This document shows, one piece after another, positions 47,801 to 56,106 of a stretch of DNA of 64,000 bases. The position numbers and the translations under genes were made by a program. Source of the stretch: an uncultured Acidimicrobiia bacterium (lineage in GTDB: Bacteria > Actinomycetota > Acidimicrobiia > Spongiisociales > Spongiisociaceae); contig OY282370.1 of assembly GCA_958295745.1 (NCBI GenBank), positions 2,441,058 through 2,505,057 on the forward strand, read 5' to 3'. The notes beneath the pieces were generated by a model. That model was not told the origin of the DNA, made no database searches, and saw only the letters and a list, made by a program, of their open reading frames with translations. The stretch's first letter is position 1. Each line of letters starts with the position of its first letter.

Positions 47801-48356
47801 GGTCGAACTCCAGGTAGGTGGGCTTGGAAAGCCGGGCGCTGTCCCGCAGCAGGCGTAGATGGGTGCCGTTGGTTGTCACCCCCCACAGGGCCTCGGACCG
47901 GTTGAGGAAGTCCTGAACCTGGGTGTGAGGGCTGCGCCGGTTCCGGGTGCCTCGGTCGTCGAGACCCTGGTCCAGCGTCACGATATGGATAGGGACGGCG
48001 TTCTCGCCGCCGCCGACGCGGTGCGAAATGATGAACTGAGACCCTCCTGCCTCGACGGCCGCCCGCTGGTATTTGAGGGGCGGGAACCCGAGCAGCTCGA
48101 AGAACTTGGCGGCCCAGTCCTGCCGGGTGAGGGTGGTGCGGCTCTCCTGTGATCGGTTTAGCCGCCTGTTGAAAGCGTCCCAGTAGACCCGCGAGTCGGA
48201 GAAGGCTCTTTGGATCTCCTCGGTCAGGCTCCTGTTGCGGGGCAGTCTGAAATCGGCGGCGCGCTGTCCTTCGATATCGGTGTCGCCCTCGCCGATCCGT
48301 TCGATCAGATCGGATGGGAAGAAGCCGCCCTCGATGTCGATGGTCGCGTAGGCCAT
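44703..48356 (-). CDS. N6-adenine DNA methyltransferase (Eco57I/type IIG-like, DrmMI-like), phase-variable and truncated at the current repeat number
   Basis: GSYYTP, DPASGSGHFL (motif I), GNPPW (motif IV), LPLYEAK..QYDHR; (IGSDR)8 tract. Confidence 0.9.
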   Translation of the reverse strand: MAYATIDIEGGFFPSDLIERIGEGDTDIEGQRAADFRLPRNRSLTEEIQRAFSDSRVYWDAFNRRLNRSQESRTTLTRQDWAAKFFELLGFPPLKYQRAAVEAGGSQFIISHRVGGGENAVPIHIVTLDQGLDDRGTRNRRSPHTQVQDFLNRSEALWGVTTNGTHLRLLRDSARLSKPTYLEFDLRAMIDGNDYREFVVLYRLMHSTRFPLGEIEPHECLLENYYNQGIEEGGRVREKLRHGVKSALEVLGRALVSHPGNGTLRRALRGGTLDETGYYRQLLNFVYRMLFLMVAEERKLLFIEPSTGQTIYDRYYSVTRLRERAEHYFAGDNHGDLWAGLAETFRLCRDEAAARHLNLSPLNGELFGEQACSRIETAHCSNETLLTVMRSLSTFHDGGVRRRVNYAALDVEEFGSVYESLLDYRPVLDVGEVSGSPPSFDLAAGTQRKETGSYYTPPELVRELVDSALVPVMEERLAAADTRIKKVQALLDLRVCDPASGSGHFLLAAARRIARELAKIRAGGEEPSPLDYRRALRTVVRHCIYAVDKNPLAVDLCKVALWIECHTVGLPLGFLDHHVKCGDSLVGVMDLDVLKEGIPDAAYKPVTGDDKEAAKWYRKRNKKERTGQQRLTSEPPPLDTQKMADDFANFGRRAERSAADVKKMEKEYRELQNSEVLRRFKVACDLWTYAFFAPRESFETEEHDRVPTTDDIRRARNGQNTGSQLEDRAHQASRDYPYFHWPLEFPDVCFKDGGFDVVLGNPPWDQVQLDPREFFATSDPDVANQPNMAARNRAIQRLASTNPGLYLEYQVAVREMKATQKFIHSSGRFPKTSYGRLNYAPLFAEHSKDLQHPRGKAGIIVPTGIATDSFNQYFFADLIDHRALVSLYDFENKRKVFPGIDGRLKFCLLTLSGIDRPSAQGEFAFFLHHTEQLQDSERRFFLSSEDFALFNPNTRTCPLFRTQKDMEIARKMYQYAGVFWRELSDDQPESNPWGVKFQLMFMMNTASYLFRTHQQLTEDGWELRGNIFIRGEELYLPLYEAKLFHQYDHRFATFAESSPKDLLKGNAQTIPSNEKANPHTLPLPRYWVPENEVMTKLNKAVTGHTTTIGSDRIGSDRIGSDRIGSDRIGSDRIGSDRIGSDRIGSDRGQGTDATSPHPTGAHLNIRRIASSTNLRTGIAAMIPLLGIGESGITIIIGSLPSEISQMQPINEPLSSRP
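44916..45035 (-). repeat. Perfect pentanucleotide microsatellite (ATCGG)24 inside the methyltransferase
   Basis: 24 exact CCGAT units on the + strand (120 bp). Confidence 0.98.
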
Positions 48357-48359
48357 GGT

Positions 48360-51227
48360 TCAGTTTCCCGCCGGAACTAGGACGTAACAGCCGATGATGT
48401 CGGGCGGTCGGTGCGGTTTCACGGCCGCCTCCGCCCCGTCGACGACGCTACGGAGCCGTTCGTGGGCGCCCTGCAAGGCGGCCGCCCGCTCGTTGACGAT
48501 GCCGTCGCACCAGCCGTCTCCCTCGAGCATACCCAGCGCCCACCTGACCTGTTCCTCCCGCTCTCCGGGTGCCATGTTGACAGCCGGTTCGGCCTCCGCC
48601 AGCAGACGCAGGCCGTCTTTTTCGAGCCGGACCAGCCGCCCGATGTCGTAGGGGTGGCGCCGGAACGCCCCGACCACCACTTCCTCGGCGAACTGCCGGC
48701 CGCTCCGATCTTCTATGAGGTAGCGGAGCCGGAGCACTAGGACGATCGTCCGGTAGCCGACCGCATCGGTGACGATCGCGCCCGCCCTGGCGAACCGGTT
48801 GTCGTCGCCTTCCAAGGCCTTGGCGAGCACGGCTTCGGACAGCGCGGCCACCGCCGGATGGTTGCGCCCCAGCGTGGTCGCGCCCCGGCGCGGGATATCG
48901 TCGAAGGCCGCGCTCATGGGGAAGCTGATTTCGGGGGCGCGGGCGGCGATGCGGTCCCGCAGGTCGCCGGCATGCAGCCGGTATACGCCCTCGGTGTTCG
49001 TTCCGCGGAGCTCACCGTTGAAGCGCTGGACGGCGTTGGCGACGAACCGTTTCACGTCCTTGGCGCTCCCCAGCACCGGTTCCATCTCTTCCAGCTCGCG
49101 GGCCACGTCGTCGGGCTCGATCCCGCGCTGGGCGAAGTAGGCCCGCGTCTTGGTCTCCCTTTCCGCCATCTGCTCCCAGGCCTCGTGCAGCCTGCTCACC
49201 GATTCGTCCTCCAAAGCGAGCCGGAACTGCTGGGCTTGGCCGTCCCCCCGCAGCAGGACGCTGTTGATCAAGGTGTTGATTACCTGTTCGGACTCGACCG
49301 GCACCGGCACCGAGATGCCGAGGCTCCGGCGGATGGTCTGCGCCTTCTTGAGGAGCACCTTCAGCACCACGAGGTCCATCTCGTTGTCGGACCCGTAGAG
49401 CAGCACCGTCTTGATCACGTCCCTGTCCTGTCCGAAGCGGTCCACCCGGCCTTCCCGCTGTTCCAACCGGTTGGGGTTCCAGGGGAGGTCGTAATGCAGC
49501 ACCGCGTCGTAGTGTTCCTGGAGGTTCACCCCTTCACTCAGGCAGTCCGTGGCGACCAGCACCCGCACCGGTTCTTGCGCTAGGCCCAGCACGATCTCTC
49601 TGCGCTGCTCGCTGTCGCCTTCATTCCCGGTAACCGCCTTCACCGACAGGCCTGGATGGGTCTTTGCCAGCGTCTTCTGGAGATGCTTGGCTGCGTAGTA
49701 GGCGGTTTGGATGTAGCGGCAGTAGACGATGGGGCGGTAGCCCCCGGTTAGCAGGTCGGAGACTGCGGCGGCGGCCGCGGATATCTTCGCGTCCTGCTCC
49801 GGGCCGTCCAGTTCCTTTGCCCGTTCCAGGAAGTTGTTCAGCTCGCGTATGTCGGTTGCGTCGAGGCCGGCTTCGGGATCGTCCAGGGCCGCGGTGGACA
49901 CGTAGTCGGTGGGATGCTCTTCGTCTGCGGAGTCCAGTATCTGCCGCCCGAAGTCCTCGTCGCTGGCCCCGTCCCCGTTCTGCGCCGCAGTCGAGGTCTC
50001 GGACTGCTTGCGGTTCTCGAGCACCGCCCTCGCCGCGCCGGGGCTGGAGAGCACGCACCGCAGGATCGACAACGCCGCCCAGTAACGAACCCGCCTCCGT
50101 TGGCTGGCCTCCTCCGGGGTGGACACGTATTCCTGGCAGTATTCCAGGATGTTCCTGTAGAGCAGGTGGTATCCCGTGGACATCTGGTAGGTGCGTTCGA
50201 TGGATTCCCGTTCGGGGAAGGGGGTGTCCACTTCCAGCCAGCGCTGTAGGTCGGACCGCTTGCGTTGCACGAAGTGCGGGACCAGCCGGGAGCGGGGCAG
50301 CCTCGACTCACCGGGCGCGTCGAAGGAGGGGTCCAGAAGGCCCAGCAGCGATCTGAAGTTCTCTTCTACGCCGCTGTGAGGGGTGGCAGTCACCAGGAGG
50401 ATGTGCCGGTCGGTTTTCTGGGCGAGCTCCTTCACTAGGGCGTAGCGCTGCTGTTGCCTGCCCTGTTTACCGCCGCGGGGCCGCGAAGAGGTGTGGGCTT
50501 CGTCCACGATGATGAGGTCGGGGGCGTAGTTCAGGAACGGCCCGCGGTTGCGTTCCAGCTTTACGAAGTCGATGCTGACCACGAGATGGCTGTAGTGCTG
50601 GTAGAGGGAGATGTTCTGGAGCGGCAGTCCCCGTTCCAGCCGCCCGATCCGGGACGACTGGACGACCGCCGCTTTTATGTTGAACTTGGTCCGCAGTTCC
50701 TCCTGCCATTGCTCGCACAGGTGGGGGGCGCATAGGACGCCGATGCGGCGCACCACCCCCCGGTCGAGCAGCTCGCGGGCGATCATGGCGGCTTCGATGG
50801 TCTTGCCCACGCCCACGTCGTCGGCGATCAGCAGGCGCACCGGATTCTGCCGCAGGGCCATGATCAGAGGCACGAACTGGTAGGGCCGCGGGGTGACCGA
50901 CAGCCGCCCCATCGAGCGGAACGGGCCCGCGCCGCTCCGAAGCCCGAGCCGCACAGCGTCGCGCAACAACAGCGCCCCGGTGAAGTCGCCGGCCCGCTCC
51001 GGGTCGGGCGGGGAGTACTCGGAGGGTTTGATGGCGTCCGGTTCCAACGGAAGGTATATCCCGATCGCCTCGGCGTCCGGGCCGTCGACAGGACGCAGCC
51101 GGACGGCGGCCTGCTCATCAGGGTCGGGAGGCAGTACCACCCAGTTCCGACCCCGGGCGCTCACCAACGCCCCGGGAGGGAAGTCGATCGTAGAGCCTTG
51201 AGGGTGTCTGAGCCCGATGTATGCCAT
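48360..51227 (-). CDS. SNF2/RapA-like helicase (DISARM DrmD-like)
   Basis: ADDVGVGKT, DEAH, TATPHSG, SEGVNLQ and LPWNPNRLEQREGRVDR motifs. Confidence 0.9.
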   Translation of the reverse strand: MAYIGLRHPQGSTIDFPPGALVSARGRNWVVLPPDPDEQAAVRLRPVDGPDAEAIGIYLPLEPDAIKPSEYSPPDPERAGDFTGALLLRDAVRLGLRSGAGPFRSMGRLSVTPRPYQFVPLIMALRQNPVRLLIADDVGVGKTIEAAMIARELLDRGVVRRIGVLCAPHLCEQWQEELRTKFNIKAAVVQSSRIGRLERGLPLQNISLYQHYSHLVVSIDFVKLERNRGPFLNYAPDLIIVDEAHTSSRPRGGKQGRQQQRYALVKELAQKTDRHILLVTATPHSGVEENFRSLLGLLDPSFDAPGESRLPRSRLVPHFVQRKRSDLQRWLEVDTPFPERESIERTYQMSTGYHLLYRNILEYCQEYVSTPEEASQRRRVRYWAALSILRCVLSSPGAARAVLENRKQSETSTAAQNGDGASDEDFGRQILDSADEEHPTDYVSTAALDDPEAGLDATDIRELNNFLERAKELDGPEQDAKISAAAAAVSDLLTGGYRPIVYCRYIQTAYYAAKHLQKTLAKTHPGLSVKAVTGNEGDSEQRREIVLGLAQEPVRVLVATDCLSEGVNLQEHYDAVLHYDLPWNPNRLEQREGRVDRFGQDRDVIKTVLLYGSDNEMDLVVLKVLLKKAQTIRRSLGISVPVPVESEQVINTLINSVLLRGDGQAQQFRLALEDESVSRLHEAWEQMAERETKTRAYFAQRGIEPDDVARELEEMEPVLGSAKDVKRFVANAVQRFNGELRGTNTEGVYRLHAGDLRDRIAARAPEISFPMSAAFDDIPRRGATTLGRNHPAVAALSEAVLAKALEGDDNRFARAGAIVTDAVGYRTIVLVLRLRYLIEDRSGRQFAEEVVVGAFRRHPYDIGRLVRLEKDGLRLLAEAEPAVNMAPGEREEQVRWALGMLEGDGWCDGIVNERAAALQGAHERLRSVVDGAEAAVKPHRPPDIIGCYVLVPAGN

Positions 51228-51342
51228 CGCCCCCGAAGGTTACCGAACGGAATGCCGATGCCCGCCGCAGGTCTGCCTTCGAGGACGGGTGGATCGCGCC
51301 AGGCGGCGGAGATCGGTCTTCGTTGGGTTCGGAAACGGGGGG

Positions 51343-51999
51343 TTATACCTCGACCGCGGCTATTTCTTGTGGGGCGGACCCGGTTCCGGCGGGCACCGGC
51401 TCGGCGGGTCGGAAAGAGGCAGGTCGGTCATCGGCCAGGATGTTCAGGCGGTCCTTGACTACAGCCATATCGATCTGCAGGTATCGCACCCGATCATCCA
51501 CCACACTGAGACCGTTCTCGATCTTGGTCGTGCGATCTTTGACGGTGGCCATATCCAATTGCAGATTCTGTATTCCATTTTCCCCCACACCGAGGCGGCC
51601 TTCGGCGCTGGTGAGGCGGTTCTCGACTTTGGTGAGGCGGTTCTCGACTTTGGTGAGGCGGTCTTCGACTTTGGTGAGGCGGTCTTCGACTTTGGTGAGG
51701 CGGTCTTCGACTTTGGTGAGGCGGTCTTCGACTTTGGTGAGGCGGTCTTCGACTTTGGTGAGGCGGTTCTCGACTTTGGTGAGGCGGTCCTTGACGATGG
51801 CAAGCTCCGCCTGCAGGTTGCTTACGCCTTCTTCGACTTTGGTGAGGCGGTCCGCCAGCCCCTGTATCTGTAGCTGCAGGAGAGCGATCGACTGCTGTAC
51901 CGCCTTCTGGTTGGCCGCGTTGAGCCGCCACATGACCACGGACAGGGCTGCGAACAGCCCGGCGGTGAGGTAGAGGTTGTTCAGGAAGTCGGGGTTCAC
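51343..51999 (-). CDS. Membrane-anchored coiled-coil protein with LTKVE(D/N)R heptad repeats
   Basis: N-terminal TM (LYLTAGLFAALSVVMW) and 21-nt tandem repeats at ~51609-51790. Confidence 0.8.
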   Translation of the reverse strand: MNPDFLNNLYLTAGLFAALSVVMWRLNAANQKAVQQSIALLQLQIQGLADRLTKVEEGVSNLQAELAIVKDRLTKVENRLTKVEDRLTKVEDRLTKVEDRLTKVEDRLTKVEDRLTKVENRLTKVENRLTSAEGRLGVGENGIQNLQLDMATVKDRTTKIENGLSVVDDRVRYLQIDMAVVKDRLNILADDRPASFRPAEPVPAGTGSAPQEIAAVEV

Positions 52000-52215
52000 G
52001 CGGCCTGCTCCTTCATTGCGGGAGTATACACGGCTCTCGGCTGTGTTTGTCTATAATAGTTAATATATGGCAAATATGGATTGTGGTCAACCCCCTTGTT
52101 CGACATGCCGAGGCTGAACGCGGCCTCCGCCCCATGCCGGAGGGCCCGGTGAGGCATCTGCGGGCCGGGGGGGGCGGACGGGAGGAGGTGGACGATCAGC
52201 CGAGCGGCGGGACTT

Positions 52216-53241
52216 TCACCAACCCTTCCCGAAGGTTATGACCGAACGGGTTACAGCCCCTTCCCGCAGGTCGTCCAAGGCCTCGTTCACCTGGTCGAGG
52301 GGTCTGGGGTGCTGCACCAGGTGCTCGGTGGTTATGGCGCCCTTCCGGTGCAGGGCGACCACCTCCCGGATGTCCTCGGGGGTGTAGCCTCTCGATCCGG
52401 CCAGGGTTGCTTCCCGCCAGATCAGGCCCATGGGGTTCACCGGGAAGGTGTCGAGGGCGGCCCCCACCGCCGCCACCCGGCAGCCGATCCCGGCCGCCTC
52501 GAAAGCCTGCCGGTACACGGCGGCCGACCCTACGGTCTGGATGATCACGTCCGGCCCCCCGGGTCCGGCCGCCTCGGTGATTCCGGCAACAGCGTCGTCC
52601 CCGCCCCTGACGACCGCATCGGCGCCCATCCGCACCGCCAGTTCCAGGTTGGCGTCCGAGCGGCTCACCGCGATCACCCGGCAACCCAGGTAGGCGGCCA
52701 GCTGGACGGCGTTGGACCCGGTGCCCCCGACGCCCATCACCACCACCGTCTCGCCCGCCCGGGCCCGGGCGATGCGCACCAGAGCGTGGTAGGGGGTGGC
52801 CACCGCGTCGGTCAGCACCGCCACCGCGGCCGGGTCGTCGTCCTCGTGGACGGGTATGACGCAGCGGGCGGGGAGCACCACCCTCTCCGCGAACCCGCCG
52901 TCGAACTCGACCCCCATCCGGCGAACCCGCAGACAGATGTTGACCCGACCCGCCCGGCACGGCCCGCACTCCCCGCAGTGGTCTATGTAGTAGAGCGCCG
53001 CCGGGCATCCGACCTCGACCGATTCCACCCCCGGCCCGACCTCCGACACCACTCCCGCCGCCTCGTGGCCGGGCACGATCGGCAGGGTCGATCCGAAACC
53101 GCCCTCCTGGAGGAAAAGATCGCTCCCGCACACCCCGCAGGCCCTGATATCGACCGCCACTTGGCCGGGGCCCGGAGCCGGTTCGGGCAGATCCGCCGGC
53201 TCCAAGGGCCGTCCGTACCCCGTCAGTACGGCTGCGCGCAC
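52216..53241 (-). CDS. Zinc-dependent alcohol dehydrogenase (MDR)
   Basis: GVCGSD, GHEAAG, CGECGPC..C and GVGGTG motifs. Confidence 0.93.
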   Translation of the reverse strand: MRAAVLTGYGRPLEPADLPEPAPGPGQVAVDIRACGVCGSDLFLQEGGFGSTLPIVPGHEAAGVVSEVGPGVESVEVGCPAALYYIDHCGECGPCRAGRVNICLRVRRMGVEFDGGFAERVVLPARCVIPVHEDDDPAAVAVLTDAVATPYHALVRIARARAGETVVVMGVGGTGSNAVQLAAYLGCRVIAVSRSDANLELAVRMGADAVVRGGDDAVAGITEAAGPGGPDVIIQTVGSAAVYRQAFEAAGIGCRVAAVGAALDTFPVNPMGLIWREATLAGSRGYTPEDIREVVALHRKGAITTEHLVQHPRPLDQVNEALDDLREGAVTRSVITFGKGW

Positions 53242-53275
53242 CTTCTCGATCCGTGCCGGCTCGGCCCGGGCCTGC

Positions 53276-54364
53276 TCAACCCGTGCCGGGCAGCCCGAGC
53301 GCCCCCGCTTCGGGCAGCGGCGGCGCCTCGAAGTTGGAGGATCCGAACACCTCCGGCTTCTTCCGCCCCACCCGGGTGTAGTACTCCTCCGGCACCTGGG
53401 TCGGGTCCTTGAACATCTGCCACTGGCACCGCTGGCGTATCTCGGGATCCCGGTTGGTGTCCGGATACACCGGAGGATCGACCACCCGGACGGGATATCC
53501 GAAACGATCCATCGGCATCTCCTCCATGAGGATTATGCAGTGGACGCAGTAGAGGCAGATGCCCTTCTGGAAATGGTTCCAGGAGGCCTCCTCCTGCGTG
53601 ACACCCCAGTTGTAGGGGGGTTCCATCCGGGCCGGGGTCCCCTCTATCCAGTCGCCCCGGAGGGTGCGCTGCCCCGACCCGCACGGATCGAAACGCACGA
53701 TGAACCGGTCGTCGGTCTCGATCAGATCGAAGTCCCCGGTGCGCTCGGGGCCCACCAGGTGGCCGCGCATCGACTCGCACGCCACCAGCATCAGGGTCTC
53801 CAAGCCTTCGTCCCAAGGATGCTGGTCGATGTCGAACTTCTGGTAACGCCAAGCGAACAGGGGCACCAGCACCCCCTCATACATCTCCACTATCCCCTGG
53901 CCGCCGTGGCGTTCCTGGATCTCCGACATGAGGCCGTAGGTGTGGTCGACGTCTCGGTCGTGGGTCTGGCGCCAGGTCTCCTTCATGACGTCCAGCGACT
54001 CCAGAGCGGCCTCGGGTTCCTCGCGGTAGAGGTGGGACAGGAGCTTCCTTTGCTGCTGCTTGAAGAGGTCCCAGTGCTTGTGCGGTATCCAGGGCGATCC
54101 GTCCGGCAGGGCGATCTTGTCGACGATGCCGGCGTTGACGGCGGCCACATCCTCGCCCGACGCGCCCTTTCGCCGCAGGAAGTTGCTGAGGTCGCTGATC
54201 CATTGCCGGTACAGGATGAAGCACACGCTGGCCTCGTCCACGAAGTAGTCGGCTAGGCCGGCGGCGTCGTCCCACCGGTTGTCGGAGACGGCCTCCCGGA
54301 TCTTTCGATAGGTCGAGATCTTCTGGTCCTGCCAGTCGCCGAGCCGCACCCTCCGGCCCAGCAC
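53276..54364 (-). CDS. Hypothetical protein with Cys/His motifs
   Basis: Good codon usage; HD, MRGH, DPCGSG and CLYCVHC motifs; true start may be ATC at 54397. Confidence 0.8.
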   Translation of the reverse strand: MLGRRVRLGDWQDQKISTYRKIREAVSDNRWDDAAGLADYFVDEASVCFILYRQWISDLSNFLRRKGASGEDVAAVNAGIVDKIALPDGSPWIPHKHWDLFKQQQRKLLSHLYREEPEAALESLDVMKETWRQTHDRDVDHTYGLMSEIQERHGGQGIVEMYEGVLVPLFAWRYQKFDIDQHPWDEGLETLMLVACESMRGHLVGPERTGDFDLIETDDRFIVRFDPCGSGQRTLRGDWIEGTPARMEPPYNWGVTQEEASWNHFQKGICLYCVHCIILMEEMPMDRFGYPVRVVDPPVYPDTNRDPEIRQRCQWQMFKDPTQVPEEYYTRVGRKKPEVFGSSNFEAPPLPEAGALGLPGTG

Positions 54365-54558
54365 CTCGGAGAACTCGATTCTGGTTTCGGTTTTGATTTC
54401 AGCCTCCTTGTTCGATCGGACCGGGATCGCCGCGGGCGCACGCCCGGAGGTTCGGTTCCCCGGTTGCCATACCCTAACCTGATGAGCCGACCCTGCCCCG
54501 GATTGCCCCGGAGGTTCAGGGAAACGGTCCGGCGGCGATTCGGGAGGTCAGAGAAGGC

Positions 54559-55995
54559 ATGGAGGGCGCCCTGGACAGCCGGCCCGCCGCGGCGGTGATG
54601 CTGCCTTACTGGGGGTTCTGGGAGTCCGCCGCCGGCGGTCCCGGTTTCCGGCGAGAGCGGCAGGGGATGCTCGACGAGGCGGCGGTCCTTCTCTCCGAGG
54701 CGGGGGTCGATGTGGTGTGGAACGGCTTGCTGGACTCTCCGGAGGCGGGGGAGGAGGCGGCCGCCGGGATCGAGGCCGCCGGGGCGGAGGCCGTGGTGGT
54801 GATCCAGTCGATGGCGGTTCCGCCCGCCTTCGCCATGGCTGCGCTGGACGCTTTGGAGGGGTTGCCGGCGGTGGTGTGGGCGGCCCAGCGGCCCCGCTCC
54901 CTCCGGGCCGGGTTCGACCAGTCCGACATCACCATGCTGGGCGCCACGGTCGGCGCCCCGATGCTCACCAACGTGCTGAGCCGCACCGGGCGTCCCTTCG
55001 AGCTGCTGGTCGGGCGCCCCGGAGACCCTGCGTTCATGGAGGGCCTGGCGGGGGCGGTCAGGGCGGCGGCGGCGGCCCGCCTGCTCGCCCGGGCCCGCAT
55101 CGCCCGTGTGGGCCGGCCCATCCCCGGCTACGACTGCGTGGACGTAGACGGGGGGTTGTTGCGGGCGGCCACCGGGATCGAGCTGGTCCCGGTGGACCCC
55201 GGCGAGATACTCGACCTCTACCAGGCCGCCGACGGCCTCTCCGACGTCTCCGACTTGGAGGCTGAAGCGGATTCCGATTTCGAGAACGCGGCGGCGGACG
55301 ACGAGGGCCGGGTGCGTTCCCTGCGTATGGCGGCGGCGTTGGAGCGCCTGGACCGGGAGCACGGGTTCGACGCCGGGGCCATGAACTGCCATGTCGGCCA
55401 GATCAGGTTCGGAGAGCATCCGGGGGTGGCCCCCTGCTACGGGCTGGGGCGCGAGACCACCCGGGGCGTCCCGTGGACCTGCGCCGGGGATGTGTTGACC
55501 GCCGTCGCCATGCTGGTCGCCAAGCGGCTGGGCGGAGCGGCGCTGTATCACGAGATCGAGGCCATCGACTTCGACACCGACGAGGTGGTGATCGCCAACT
55601 CGGGGGAGCACGATCTGCGATGGTGTCCGGCCGGTGTCCGGCCCCGCCTCCAGTCGAATCCCTGGTACCGGCAGGACCCTTTGTGCGGGCTCAGCGTCTG
55701 GTTCGAGCTGCCGCCGGGCCCGGCCACCCTGGTGGGGTTCACACCCCATCACGAGGAGGCGAGCGGGTTCCGCTTCGTCGCCGCCGAGGGCGAGATCACC
55801 GGACGGTCCTTTCCCGACAGCCCCACGGTGGGCGGTGCGTTTCGTTTCTCCGGGGGCGAGCCGGTGGAGGCGGCCTGGCGGCGCTGGGCCGAATCCGGGG
55901 TGAACCACCACAGCGCCGCCGCCCCCGGACGACTGGCCGGCCAGACGGCGGCGGTAGCCCGCTTCCTGGGGGTCGGTTTCGTCCGCGTCTCCTGA
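54559..55995 (+). CDS. L-fucose/L-arabinose isomerase-like protein
   Basis: GAMNCH, CAGDVLTA, HE, NSGE, GPATL and C-terminal GVNHH motifs. Confidence 0.75.
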   Translation: MEGALDSRPAAAVMLPYWGFWESAAGGPGFRRERQGMLDEAAVLLSEAGVDVVWNGLLDSPEAGEEAAAGIEAAGAEAVVVIQSMAVPPAFAMAALDALEGLPAVVWAAQRPRSLRAGFDQSDITMLGATVGAPMLTNVLSRTGRPFELLVGRPGDPAFMEGLAGAVRAAAAARLLARARIARVGRPIPGYDCVDVDGGLLRAATGIELVPVDPGEILDLYQAADGLSDVSDLEAEADSDFENAAADDEGRVRSLRMAAALERLDREHGFDAGAMNCHVGQIRFGEHPGVAPCYGLGRETTRGVPWTCAGDVLTAVAMLVAKRLGGAALYHEIEAIDFDTDEVVIANSGEHDLRWCPAGVRPRLQSNPWYRQDPLCGLSVWFELPPGPATLVGFTPHHEEASGFRFVAAEGEITGRSFPDSPTVGGAFRFSGGEPVEAAWRRWAESGVNHHSAAAPGRLAGQTAAVARFLGVGFVRVS

Positions 55996-56106
55996 TGAGG
56001 AGCGGATAGTATGGCGGTGGGTTCCTATTGCCCGGCAAAATGTGATCCGCCCCGCCTGGAGTGAAAAGGAGAATGAGGATGCGTTCCCGATGGTAGAGCC
56101 TTTGCC

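Noticed and set aside
51600-51800. Possible CRISPR/iteron repeats
   Set aside because: Coding 21-nt VNTR within an ORF.
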